A stretch of DNA of 64,000 nt from Patescibacteria group bacterium (GTDB taxonomy: Bacteria > Patescibacteriota > Patescibacteriia > XYB2-FULL-38-15). A program made the translations under genes and the position numbers. The stretch lies in assembly GCA_041650995.1 (NCBI GenBank), contig JBAZJZ010000002.1, positions 13,344 to 77,343 of the forward strand, written 5' to 3'. The notes under the pieces are model-generated. The model did no database searches and was not told the DNA's origin. It saw only the letters and a program-made list of their open reading frames with translations. Every line of letters begins with the position of its first letter. The first letter of the stretch is position 1. Positions 1-10,629 of the stretch are shown piece after piece.

Positions 1-1370
1 TCCGGAGACTTCAGAGCGAATACGAAAAATTGTTTGAAGAAAAAAATCGTTTGCGCGAGCGGGATATGATGATAAAAAATAAGATGGCGCTTGCCGAGCA
101 TGCGGAACTTGTCCGGCCAATGGCTATGCCAGCCAATGAAATTGAAATGACAGTGGAAGATTTATTTAAAAATTATGAAAATTTTGTTAAAAAATTAGTT
201 AAGGCGGAAGACACGAGCGCCCTAATTGATTTAAAAAAGGAAGCGGAAGGTTTGCGAAAAGAATTTGCGGATTTTTTTGCTAAACTGAAACGCGAGCCGG
301 CGAAAAAAGAAGCAGCGAAAATTGATCCGGCTCTTCCCAAGGAATTGGAAAAAATTGTCGGAGAAATTGAAAATATAAATCGCGCCCTGACCGAGGTTCA
401 GGTAAAAATTGAAAATTTCAACCGTGAGCAGGAAGCCGAACGGCGAAGTTTTTTTGAATTGCAGAGAAATCTTCAGTTAAAACAGCACGAGCTCTATATG
501 TTGTCTTCGGAAATAAACGCGATTCAAGTGGAAACTGCCGGAGCCGCGGCGCGGCGCGAAGATTTGGAACGGGAAATTAGGCAGGAAGTCGGTGATCCGG
601 CGGAACTTGGCGAGCCAGCTGGGTTTGAGCCGGATTGGCACGAGAAAATTTTTAAATTTAAACATCAGCTGGAATTAATTGGCGGTATTGATCCCGAAAC
701 GGAAAAAGAATATAAGGAATCAAGCGAGCGTTACGAATTTTTAAAAACCCAGATTGCCGATTTGCGCGGGGCGATAGATTCTCTAATGAAAGTAATCGGC
801 GAATTGGACGGAATTATTAAAAAACAATTTGATACGGCTTTTGGAAAAATTAATGATGAGTTTGAAAAATATTTTAAAATTTTGTTCGGCGGCGGCAAGG
901 CGCAATTGATTTTAAAAAAAGAAATTAAAGTTGATGAAGATGAAGCAGTAGCCGAAGGAGAAGAAGCGCCGGTTGAAGAAAAGAAAAAGAAAGGCGAAGA
1001 ATTTATCGCTGGAATTGAAGTGGAGGCCACTCCGCCAGGAAAACGGCTAAAAGGAATTGGAATGCTCTCCGGCGGCGAACGAGCGCTGACTTCCATCGCG
1101 CTTCTCTCGGCAATTATTTCCCAGAACCCCGCGCCATTCGTTGTTTTAGATGAAGTTGACGCGGCGCTTGATGAATCAAATTCAATCCGCTTTGCCAATG
1201 TTTTTGACGAGTTGACGGATAAAACCCAATTTATTTTAATCACCCATAATCGCGCTACGATGCAGAAAGCGAATATTCTCTATGGCGTGACCATGGAAGC
1301 GGACGGCGTTTCAAGGCTTCTGAGTTTGAATTTGGAGCAGGCCGAGAGGACGGTAAATATTGACAAGTAA
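1..1370 (+). CDS. smc: Chromosome segregation protein SMC, C-terminal part (5' truncated by window)
   Basis: Coiled coil followed by LSGGE signature, Walker B VVLDEVDAALD and ITHN; frame open from window start. Confidence 0.93.
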   Translation, partial: RRLQSEYEKLFEEKNRLRERDMMIKNKMALAEHAELVRPMAMPANEIEMTVEDLFKNYENFVKKLVKAEDTSALIDLKKEAEGLRKEFADFFAKLKREPAKKEAAKIDPALPKELEKIVGEIENINRALTEVQVKIENFNREQEAERRSFFELQRNLQLKQHELYMLSSEINAIQVETAGAAARREDLEREIRQEVGDPAELGEPAGFEPDWHEKIFKFKHQLELIGGIDPETEKEYKESSERYEFLKTQIADLRGAIDSLMKVIGELDGIIKKQFDTAFGKINDEFEKYFKILFGGGKAQLILKKEIKVDEDEAVAEGEEAPVEEKKKKGEEFIAGIEVEATPPGKRLKGIGMLSGGERALTSIALLSAIISQNPAPFVVLDEVDAALDESNSIRFANVFDELTDKTQFILITHNRATMQKANILYGVTMEADGVSRLLSLNLEQAERTVNIDK

Positions 1371-1402
1371 TTGGCTATGAGGCAAGATGGCAGTATAATC
1401 AA

Positions 1403-1471
1403 AATTACCCAATTACTTAATTACCCAATTACGGCCCGCAGAAAGGTAAATGAGTAATTAAGTAATTAATT
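1403..1471. repeat. Short 8-mer tandem repeats (AATTACCC/AATTACTT) with inverted counterpart, hairpin-forming, upstream of rpsP
   Basis: aattaccc aattactt aattaccc aattac ... gagtaattaagtaattaatt. Confidence 0.55.
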
Positions 1472-1485
1472 GTTTTTATAAAATT

Positions 1486-2034
1486 ATGTTAATGATTAGA
1501 CTATCTCGCACGGGCAAAAGCGCCCAGCCCAGCTATCGCGTGATTGTTTCGGAAAAAAGCAAAGATCCCTGGGGAAAATATTTAGAAATCCTCGGACATT
1601 ATTATCCAAAAAAGGAAGCCAAGCTAGTTGATCTTAAAGAAGAAAGATTAAAATATTGGATAGGAAAGGGCGCTAAACTTTCTGAAACCGTAAACAATAT
1701 TTTAGTTAATCAGGGAGTGATAAACGCGCCGAAAGTTCGAATGGTGAAAATCAGCAAACGGCGCGCGGCTAAGGCGGCGGAAAGTAAAAAAGCCAGCGAA
1801 GCAGCTCCGGCGGTTCCCAAAGCTGAAGCACAGACTGAAGCGGCAAAACCCGAAGAGCCAAAAACTGAAACCGTCGCCGAAGAAAAAAAAGAAGAGCCAA
1901 AGGCTGAGGCGCCAGTTGAAGAGGTGAAAATTGAAGCCTCTGCAGAGGAAGGGAAGACAGAAGAAGCGACCAAGGTTGAAGAGAAACTAGAAGCCCCGGC
2001 CGAGGAAACGAAATCAGAAGAGGCAAAGGCGTAA
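1486..2034 (+). CDS. rpsP: 30S ribosomal protein S16 with long Glu/Lys/Ala-rich C-terminal tail
   Basis: MLMIRLSRTGKSAQPSYRVIV...YLEILGHY...WIGKGA; rpsP-KH-trmD synteny. Confidence 0.95.
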   Translation: MLMIRLSRTGKSAQPSYRVIVSEKSKDPWGKYLEILGHYYPKKEAKLVDLKEERLKYWIGKGAKLSETVNNILVNQGVINAPKVRMVKISKRRAAKAAESKKASEAAPAVPKAEAQTEAAKPEEPKTETVAEEKKEEPKAEAPVEEVKIEASAEEGKTEEATKVEEKLEAPAEETKSEEAKA

Positions 2035-2145
2035 GGGTTGACAATTTTTGAAAAAAATGTTATTGTAATAATATAAATAGCTCTTCTGTGCATGGTCGAA
2101 CAGCAAAGTAGCTATTTTCTGAACATTAAACAAGAAAAGAAACGT

Positions 2146-2466
2146 ATGGCAGAAAAAGATCAAGAGTTCGTTGAATACATCGTGAAACAGATCGTCAATC
2201 ATCCGGAAGACGTTAAGACCGAAAGAACGGTCGACGAAATGGGAGTTTTAATCACTCTCAAAATTCATCCGGAAGATATGGGTTATGTGATCGGCAAGCA
2301 GGGTCAAACCGCTCGCTCAATCAGAACTCTATTGAAGATCGTCGGCGCGAAGGAAAAAGCCAGAGTCAATTTGAAAATCTACGAACCGGAAGGTTCACGG
2401 ATGAATCGAAGAGGCCCGGCTCCTTCTTCCGATGTTGACGCAGATGTTGAAGACTTGAAAATCTAA
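2146..2466 (+). CDS. khpA: KH-domain RNA-binding protein (KhpA/YlqC)
   Basis: DMGYVIGKQGQTARSIRTLL; start moved to MAEKD; TTGACA promoter at 2038. Confidence 0.88.
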   Translation: MAEKDQEFVEYIVKQIVNHPEDVKTERTVDEMGVLITLKIHPEDMGYVIGKQGQTARSIRTLLKIVGAKEKARVNLKIYEPEGSRMNRRGPAPSSDVDADVEDLKI

Positions 2467-2480
2467 AACATCAATATATA

Positions 2481-2513
2481 AAAATAACACACCACAAGTT
2501 GGTGTGTTATTTT
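2481..2513 (+). terminator. Intrinsic terminator
   Basis: aaataacacacc acaagtt ggtgtgttattt hairpin plus T-run. Confidence 0.7.
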
Positions 2514-2637
2514 ATTGGCAAGTGAGTGAGAGAAATGAAAAATTTTTTTCATTTCCGAGCGAGCGCAGCCAACACAGGGCGCATGCCCTTTATTCTGAAA
2601 ACTCGACAGACGGGCCAAGAGATAATACAATTTAAAT

Positions 2638-3300
2638 ATGCTTCAATTTGATATCATCACAATTTTTCCAAAAATTTTTTCCTCTTATTTCTCCGAGAGC
2701 ATAATTTCGCGCGGACAAAAAAAGAAATTGATAAAAATAAATATCCATGATTTACGGAAGTGGACTTCTGATAAGCGCAAAACGGTTGACGACAAGCCGT
2801 ACGGCGGCGGGCCGGGGATGGTTTTAAAAGTTGAGCCGTTCGCCAAGGCACTCCGCGCGATGAAGAAAAATAAAAAAACAAGAGTGATTTTGTTTTCCGC
2901 CGGAGGAAAACAGTTTGATAATACGGTGGCGGCCGAGTTCGCAAAAAAATATGATCGTCTAATTTTAATTTGTGGCCACTACGAAGGCGTGGACGAGCGC
3001 GTGAAAAAAATTATTAAAGAGTTAGGTTTTGAATTTTCGGAAATTTCTATTGGTCCGTACGTTTTGACTGGTGGCGAACTGCCGGCCATGGTTTTGGTGG
3101 ATGCTGTGGCGCGGCAAATCCCCGGAGTTTTAGGAAAGACTGAATCGCTTGAAGAAAAACGTTTAGGCATCGGCGTACCGGTCTACACCCGTCCGGAAAT
3201 TTTTAAATTTCTTAATAAAAAATATCAGGTGCCGAAAGTTTTATTGTCCGGAGATCATAAAAAAATTGAAGAGTGGCGGTTGAAACAAATAAAAAAATAA
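2638..3300 (+). CDS. trmD: tRNA (guanine37-N1)-methyltransferase
   Basis: VDDKPYGGGPGMVLK, CGHYEGVDER, SIGPYVLTGGE, LLSGDHKKI. Confidence 0.97.
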   Translation: MLQFDIITIFPKIFSSYFSESIISRGQKKKLIKINIHDLRKWTSDKRKTVDDKPYGGGPGMVLKVEPFAKALRAMKKNKKTRVILFSAGGKQFDNTVAAEFAKKYDRLILICGHYEGVDERVKKIIKELGFEFSEISIGPYVLTGGELPAMVLVDAVARQIPGVLGKTESLEEKRLGIGVPVYTRPEIFKFLNKKYQVPKVLLSGDHKKIEEWRLKQIKK

Positions 3301-3354
3301 ATTTTTATATAAAGGATAGTCCTTGTACAATAAGGACTGTCCTTTTGGTTGCCC

Positions 3355-3487
3355 TTGACTTTTTAAAAATTCATGTTAATATAAAGCGTTGTCCTCAAGG
3401 GTGAGGCAATCTGTCTGGCATTTCGCCGACAGAAAACGGCCAGTCCCGCAGTACTGCGGGACGAGCCAAAAGAAAGGAGGGCGAGCC
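3355..3487 (+). promoter_or_regulatory. Sigma70-like promoter plus structured GC-rich leader and SD of the GC-rich gene
   Basis: TTGACT then AT-rich -10 region; hairpins including gtcccgcagtactgcgggac; AAGGAGG before ATG 3488. Confidence 0.6.
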
Positions 3488-4288
3488 ATGAAGGCGAGCC
3501 CGACGCTGACCGCCGATTTGCGGCGGGGAGACGAAACCCAGGTGCTCTTGAAACTGCAGCAGGATGGCGTGACGCCGGACGACTACGCCGCAATCGCCGC
3601 GAACGAGGCGATGCGGGCCGACATCGTGGCGGCCATCCAGAAGTACCGTCTTTTCACGCCGCCCGAGGAGCAGGTGAAGATCCTTCTTCGGCTCAACGGT
3701 CTCCTCTGGTGCGATCCGGCCATCACGGCCGAAGCGATCGCCGCTCTGGGGGCCCCGCCCACCGCGCCGGATTCGGGCAAGAACGTCCTTTACGCGGTCG
3801 TCCTGCTCTACGAGACGGGCGACGCGCTCACAACTTTCCAGCGGAACTGGGAGGCCTGCGTCGCGATTCACGGCGAGGAGCGAACCTGGAAGTGGGACGG
3901 CCTCGTCATGACGCCCAAGGGCGTGCGGCCCCGTGAGAAGGCCAAGCCGCGCCCCGCGGGTCTCCGCTGGGCCGTGGCCGAACTCGGTCGCGCCTACCAG
4001 GATATCGCGGTGCGTGACGCGCGCGTCGTTCAGGGTTCCACGGAACTCATGGGCATGGGGCAGGAACTGCCCTTGATCGCGGCTCTGCATCCGCGCTGGG
4101 CCACCTCCATGAACGGCAAGACGATTCCGTTCGTGGACGCGCTCGACCTGGAAGTTGCGCCGGACGGCGAGGGCGAGTTCGGCTACGCTCCGTGCCTCAA
4201 CTTCGACCGCGACTACGGCAAGGTTCACCTCAACGCCGACGACGTCGACAATTCGCTTCGGAACTTCGGTTCGGGTTCCCTTCAGTAG
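3488..4288 (+). CDS. GC-rich hypothetical protein, probable CLec-fold DGR-type variable (target) protein
   Basis: SD AAGGAGG; ELPLIAALHP motif and C-terminus APCLNFDRDYGKVHLNADDVDNSLRNFGS resemble CPR DGR variable regions. Confidence 0.6.
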   Translation: MKASPTLTADLRRGDETQVLLKLQQDGVTPDDYAAIAANEAMRADIVAAIQKYRLFTPPEEQVKILLRLNGLLWCDPAITAEAIAALGAPPTAPDSGKNVLYAVVLLYETGDALTTFQRNWEACVAIHGEERTWKWDGLVMTPKGVRPREKAKPRPAGLRWAVAELGRAYQDIAVRDARVVQGSTELMGMGQELPLIAALHPRWATSMNGKTIPFVDALDLEVAPDGEGEFGYAPCLNFDRDYGKVHLNADDVDNSLRNFGSGSLQ

Positions 4289-4295
4289 TGTGTCT

Positions 4296-4350
4296 CTTGA
4301 CGCCTTGAGTCTTTGGTTCTTTGGAACTTGAGGCCTTGGCGTTTTGGACC
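4296..4350 (+). repeat. Degenerate ~8-nt tandem repeat (YTTGR-nnn) x7 directly after the stop codon
   Basis: cttgacgc cttgagtc tttggttc tttggaa cttgaggc cttggcgt tttggacc. Confidence 0.65.
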
Positions 4351-4360
4351 ACATTCCGCG

Positions 4361-4393
4361 AGGGCAGGTTTCTACGATCTGCCCTCTTTTTTT
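4361..4393 (+). terminator. Intrinsic terminator
   Basis: agggcaggt ttctacg atctgccct c ttttttt. Confidence 0.75.
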
Positions 4394-4429
4394 ATTTTCA
4401 AATTTTTTATAAAATAATATTATTTAAGA

Positions 4430-4524
4430 TGTCATCCTCGGATTTAATTCGGGGATCCAGTAAATTATTTTTTTTGGATTCCCGCTGGAGTTTACCCCGC
4501 ACTTGATGCGGTACGGGAATGACA
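4430..4524. repeat. Palindromic REP/RPE-like miniature element (GTCAT...GGATCCAG / GGATTCCCGC...GGGAATGAC)
   Basis: Terminal tgtcat/atgaca inverted ends and internal hairpins typical of this small repeat class. Confidence 0.55.
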
Positions 4525-4869
4525 AACAAGAAGAATTTTTATTTGAATATTTTAATTGTGGAAAAAGTGTGGAAAAGGGTCTTGACACAAAAAATCAAAG
4601 GAGTTAAAATACACTTGTTCTTGAAAGTTGTTGCGTTTTTTGATTTATAATTAAGCAAAAAACAGCCAAACACATATTTGAAAATTGACAATTTAGAAAG
4701 AACATTGTAATATACTTTTGTCGCTAGAAATAGCGACATTTAGTATCCATTTCTTTGACAACTTAAAGTAATAGAAGTACGCCAATTTGTTCTAGTTCTC
4801 AAACTAGAACATCCCGCAGAAATGCGGGACCTTATAAAGTATTTAGTTTCATCTTGAACAACAAATACT

Positions 4870-6459
<1,590 letters not shown>

Positions 6460-6668
6460 CTAGGGAGAAAATAATATTGTCCCCCTCACGGGACAAGATT
6501 GGTCGAAGTTTCATTTATTTGAAACTTTCAACAGTTATTAGGTGTGAAAAAAAGACAGAAAGCCGTACTTCTATTACTTCAAGTCGTCAAAAATAAAAAT
6601 GATTGGTAAACTCTTGCAAGAACCAATCATTTTTGTTATCATTTTAGAAACACTTTTGGTGGGTTTAT

Positions 6669-6745
6669 GGGCGCGTAGCTCAGTCGGTTAGAGCGCGTCA
6701 CTGATAATGACGAGGTCGGAGGTTCGATTCCTCCCGCGCCCACCA
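6669..6745 (+). tRNA. tRNA-Ile(GAT)
   Basis: Cloverleaf, cgtca-ctGATaa-tgacg, encoded CCA. Confidence 0.96.
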
Positions 6746-6798
6746 AAGAATTACACCAAAGAATTAAGCAAGGAAATTTTTATATTATATTTTAGTAT

Positions 6799-6870
6799 GC
6801 CGGGGTAGCTCAGTGGTAGAGCGAAGGACTGAAAATCCTTGCGTCGTGAGTCCGATTCTCACCCCCGGCA
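6799..6870 (+). tRNA. tRNA-Phe(GAA)
   Basis: aagga-ctGAAaa-tcctt; T-loop TCCGATT atypical; no encoded CCA. Confidence 0.92.
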
Positions 6871-6886
6871 TTTCGCGTTTTAAAAC

Positions 6887-6957
6887 CGGGGTGTAGTACA
6901 ACGGTAGTATGCATGCTTTGGGAGCATGAGACCCGGGTTCAATTCCCGGCACCCCGA
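6887..6957 (+). tRNA. tRNA-Pro(TGG)
   Basis: catgc-ttTGGga-gcatg; acceptor cggggtg/caccccg. Confidence 0.93.
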
Positions 6958-6969
6958 TTTGGATAAATT

Positions 6970-7548
6970 ATGCTTAAATTTATTAGCGATACAACCTGGG
7001 AAGAGGTTTTTGAAAAATGGAGAAATCGCGAGGCTAATAACCCCGGATGGATTAGGACTGCCACGGAAATTAAAGGTTGGCCGGATTGGGAATCATGGAG
7101 AAGATTTTCAGCCGCACAAATTGACGCAGAAAAACGGGTTTGGAAAATTTATGAATTTACGGATCCTATAAATGATATTTCAGCGATGCTTGTTGGTCCA
7201 TACGGCGGATGGCAAGGAAGATTGCCAGAAAAGAACAAAAATTCCTTTGAAGAATTGCTAAGTATCCCCAAGAATTACGATTTTTTTAGAAATCATGATG
7301 CAGTTGCGGCCTTGGCAAGAAATTTTCCTTGCCCCACGGAATTTATCGGGTTAGTTAGAGAAGATAATGGAAAATTAGTTTGCCTCGAAGGTCATCATCG
7401 GGCGACGGCAATAGCTTTAGTCAAAAAAGAAGGCAGAAAAATTGATTGTAAAAATATAAAAATAGCTGTGACTCGATTACCAAAAGATGAGTGTGAAATT
7501 TTGGAGAAGATCCTCCAACGCGGGACATCGAAAAATTCGGAACTTTAA
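6970..7548 (+). CDS. Hypothetical protein, possible ParB/Srx-like fold
   Basis: 192-aa ORF; CLEGHHRATA resembles the ParB/Srx (D/E)GHHR motif. Confidence 0.55.
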   Translation: MLKFISDTTWEEVFEKWRNREANNPGWIRTATEIKGWPDWESWRRFSAAQIDAEKRVWKIYEFTDPINDISAMLVGPYGGWQGRLPEKNKNSFEELLSIPKNYDFFRNHDAVAALARNFPCPTEFIGLVREDNGKLVCLEGHHRATAIALVKKEGRKIDCKNIKIAVTRLPKDECEILEKILQRGTSKNSEL

Positions 7549-7553
7549 ATAGT

Positions 7554-7624
7554 GCGGGATTAGTATAGTGGCAGTACGACTCTCTTCCAAGGAGTAGGCG
7601 CCAGTTCGATTCTGGTATCCCGCT
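7554..7624 (+). tRNA. tRNA-Gly(TCC)
   Basis: actct-ctTCCaa-ggagt; acceptor gcgggat/atcccgc. Confidence 0.92.
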
Positions 7625-7649
7625 TTTTTGAAAAATAAAGAAATAAAAT

Positions 7650-8393
7650 ATGAATCCCCTGCTTTGGATTATTGGAAGTACAATTATTGTCAGTTTGATC
7701 TCATTGATCGGTGTTTTTACTTTGGCTTTGCGGGAGAAATATTTGGAGAAAATATTGCTTACGCTCGTGGCGTTGGCTTCGGGTGCTCTGATGGGCGGCG
7801 CCTTTATCCACCTTCTTCCTGAGGCGATAGAAAAAGCAGATGGTAAGCCGATTTTTATTTGGGTGCTCGTTGCTTTTGTGGCATTTTTTATTATAGAAAA
7901 AGTTTTACAATGGAGACATTGCCATAAGGAGAAGTGCGAAGTTCACACTTTTGGTTATATGACGCTTTTGGGCGACGGGGCTCACAATTTTATTGATGGT
8001 TTAATCATTGCCGCGGCTTTTGTGGAGGGTACGAGTTTAGGGCTTGTTGTGACGGCTGTAGTTATTTTACATGAAGTCCCTCAAGAAATCGGCGATTTTG
8101 GTACGCTTCTTTATTCCGGTTTTCAAAAGAAAAAAGCTCTTCTTATGAATTTTTTGAGTGCCGTCACGGCAGTGGCAGGCGGAATTATTGGTTATTTTTT
8201 GGCCAATGCCTCGGAAAGTTTTGTCAATGTGTTGATTCCCTTCGCGGCTGGTGGCTTTATTTATATAGGTGCTTCTGATCTTCTTCCTGAAATTAGAAAA
8301 ACTACCAAGATTAAAGAATCAATTGGTACGTTAGCGATGTTCATTTTGGGGGTGGTCATAGTCTATTTAATGAGATTTTTAGATATTGAATAA
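7650..8393 (+). CDS. ZIP family metal (zinc) transporter
   Basis: HLLPEA, GDGAHNFIDG, LHEVPQEIGD, AAGGFIYIGASDLLPE. Confidence 0.93.
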   Translation: MNPLLWIIGSTIIVSLISLIGVFTLALREKYLEKILLTLVALASGALMGGAFIHLLPEAIEKADGKPIFIWVLVAFVAFFIIEKVLQWRHCHKEKCEVHTFGYMTLLGDGAHNFIDGLIIAAAFVEGTSLGLVVTAVVILHEVPQEIGDFGTLLYSGFQKKKALLMNFLSAVTAVAGGIIGYFLANASESFVNVLIPFAAGGFIYIGASDLLPEIRKTTKIKESIGTLAMFILGVVIVYLMRFLDIE

Positions 8394-8396
8394 AAT

Positions 8397-8846
8397 ATGA
8401 AAATAAAAAATGTAATGGTTAAAAAAGTTATCACAGTTAAAAGGGAGCAGACTTTAATTGAAGCGGCTCAAATTTTCGTTAAAAATAATATTAGCGGCGC
8501 GCCAGTCGTTGATGGGCGAGGAAAATTAGTAGGTATGCTTTCAGAAAAAGATTTATTCAGAGCATTGTATCCAGACGTAAGGGATATTTTAAAAGACGTC
8601 CGCCTTTGGCTTGGCAAAGAAAAAATTAAACATCGCGTAGAGGCCAAGCGAGGAATAATGGTAGAAAAATTAATGATTAAAAAAATTATTTCCATTGATC
8701 CCGACGCAGAAATTTTGGAAGCGGGATCAATAATGCTCACTACTAAAATTCATCGCCTGCCCGTTGTAAAAAATAAAAAATTAATTGGTATTGTTAGCCG
8801 CCCTGATATTTTTAGAAATTTATTAAAGGCAGATCTCCAAATCTGA
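8397..8846 (+). CDS. CBS domain pair protein
   Basis: ISGAPVVD...GMLSEKDL; IHRLPVV...GIVSRPDI. Confidence 0.9.
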   Translation: MKIKNVMVKKVITVKREQTLIEAAQIFVKNNISGAPVVDGRGKLVGMLSEKDLFRALYPDVRDILKDVRLWLGKEKIKHRVEAKRGIMVEKLMIKKIISIDPDAEILEAGSIMLTTKIHRLPVVKNKKLIGIVSRPDIFRNLLKADLQI

Positions 8847-8955
8847 GATGATTTGCCAGTATGAGGGAGTGAGGGTGAAGGGGTTGACAGAATAGCCAAA
8901 ATATGGTATATTAAAAAGTCCCCAAAATGAGGGATTTTTTAAAACTAAAACAAAA

Positions 8956-9465
8956 ATGAAAAAATTATCCAAAATTATGAAATCAAAGAAGCAAAAGCCA
9001 AATGTAGTGCATTTTGCTGTTATTTTAGCCATTTTTGCCGATTTGATGTTTCCTAAGGCCACAGCGGCCGATAGCTTGGTTCCTTCTTTTACCGCCATGG
9101 CCGGTGAGTCTTTTTTGGAAGAAATGGCTTCAAAAGACGAACCGGGTCATCTCGTGCGTGCCGAGGATAAGGAGCCTGTAAAGGTAATTTATGTTACTGT
9201 GACTGCTTACTCCAGTACTCCTGATCAGACTGACGACTCCCCATTTATCACGGCTAATGGTACCTGGGTTCATGACGGAACTTTAGCTGCGAACTTTTTA
9301 CGCTTTGGCACAAAAGTTCGTTTTCCGGATTACTCAGGGGATAAGGTTTATGTAGTTGAAGATCGGATGAATCAACGCTATACTTACCGCGCTGACATCT
9401 GGATGGAAACTCGTGAAGCAGCCAAGCAATTCGGCGTTAGAACTCTTAAAATGGAAATTTACTAA
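8956..9465 (+). CDS. 3D-domain (lytic transglycosylase-like) secreted protein
   Basis: TVTAYSSTPDQTDDSPFITANG...AANFLRFGTKV...VEDRMN...ADIWM. Confidence 0.85.
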   Translation: MKKLSKIMKSKKQKPNVVHFAVILAIFADLMFPKATAADSLVPSFTAMAGESFLEEMASKDEPGHLVRAEDKEPVKVIYVTVTAYSSTPDQTDDSPFITANGTWVHDGTLAANFLRFGTKVRFPDYSGDKVYVVEDRMNQRYTYRADIWMETREAAKQFGVRTLKMEIY

Positions 9466-9582
9466 GACGAAAAATAAAGAAGAAATATAAAAAGGGTTGC
9501 CAAAGGCAGCCTTTTTTGTTAAATTGAAAGTGCCGGGTAATTTATCCGGCACTTTCATCCCGAGCAATATCGAGGGATCCCT

Positions 9583-9657
9583 GGCCACGTAGCCAAGTGG
9601 TAAGGCAGGAGTCTGCAAAACTCCTATGCGCCGGTTCAATTCCGGCCGTGGCCTCCA
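9583..9657 (+). tRNA. tRNA-Cys(GCA)
   Basis: ggagt-ctGCAaa-actcc; encoded CCA. Confidence 0.95.
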
Positions 9658-9686
9658 GGTTTTATTGGAATTTTTAGTTTTGATTC

Positions 9687-10601
9687 ATGGCAAATAAATT
9701 TATTATTATTGACGGCAATGCGATTCTTCATCGCGCCTGGCATGCCTTGCCGCCGCTCACAACGCCAACTGGCGAAATGGTAAATGCCGCGTATGGCTTC
9801 ACTTTGATTTTGATGAAGGCGTTGAAAGATATCCAACCAAAATATGCGGCCGTAACTTTTGACAGGAAAGAAAAAACCTTCCGCCACGAAATGTATACTG
9901 AATATAAAGCTACCCGCGTGAAGCAACCAGATGAACTTTATGCTCAAATTCCAATTATTAAAAAAATTGTCACGGCGTTTGGGATGCCGATTTATGAGAA
10001 AGAACGTTTTGAGGCCGATGACGTGATTGCCACGATTTGTAAAAATAAAGAAGTTAACAAACCTGACGTGGAGTCAATTGTCGTTACGGGCGATATGGAC
10101 ACATTGCAGTTGGTAGATGACAATACAAAAGTTTACGCTTTGCGCAAAGGTATCACGGATACGGTTATTTATGATGAAGGTGCGGTTTTGAAAAAATATG
10201 AGCTTAGACCAGATCAATTAAATGATTTTAAGGCGATGCGCGGTGACCCGTCGGATAATATTCCCGGCGCGAAGGGTATTGGCGATGTCGGCGCGGCCGC
10301 GCTCATCAAAGAATTTGGGTCAATTGAGAAAATGTATGAAGCTATAGAAAAAAATGATACTCGCTTGGAAAAGTTCAAACCGCGATTAATAGAAATTTTG
10401 AAAAAAGAAAAAGATAATGTTTTTTTAGGTAAAAAGTTGGTGACACTAGTTTCAGATGCGCCGGTAGATTTTTATCTTGGAGACTGCAAAATAAAAATTG
10501 ATCCGGGCTCAGTGGCGAAAATTTTTAAAGATTTGGGTTTTATGTCACTTCTTAAAAAAGTTGATGAATTAGCCGGTGGCGCGCAGAGTAATTTATTATG
10601 A
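9687..10601 (+). CDS. polA: DNA polymerase I 5'-3' exonuclease (flap endonuclease) domain, separate ORF
   Basis: IIDGNAILHRAWHA, FEADDVIAT, TGDMDTLQLV, GDPSDNIPGAKGIG. Confidence 0.9.
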   Translation: MANKFIIIDGNAILHRAWHALPPLTTPTGEMVNAAYGFTLILMKALKDIQPKYAAVTFDRKEKTFRHEMYTEYKATRVKQPDELYAQIPIIKKIVTAFGMPIYEKERFEADDVIATICKNKEVNKPDVESIVVTGDMDTLQLVDDNTKVYALRKGITDTVIYDEGAVLKKYELRPDQLNDFKAMRGDPSDNIPGAKGIGDVGAAALIKEFGSIEKMYEAIEKNDTRLEKFKPRLIEILKKEKDNVFLGKKLVTLVSDAPVDFYLGDCKIKIDPGSVAKIFKDLGFMSLLKKVDELAGGAQSNLL

Positions 10602-10629
10602 AAATTAAATCGTCTTCACTGCGGTTAAT

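Noticed and set aside
3395-4354. 319-aa minus-strand ORF
   Set aside because: Antisense shadow of a GC-rich gene; SD, promoter and terminator all support the + strand.
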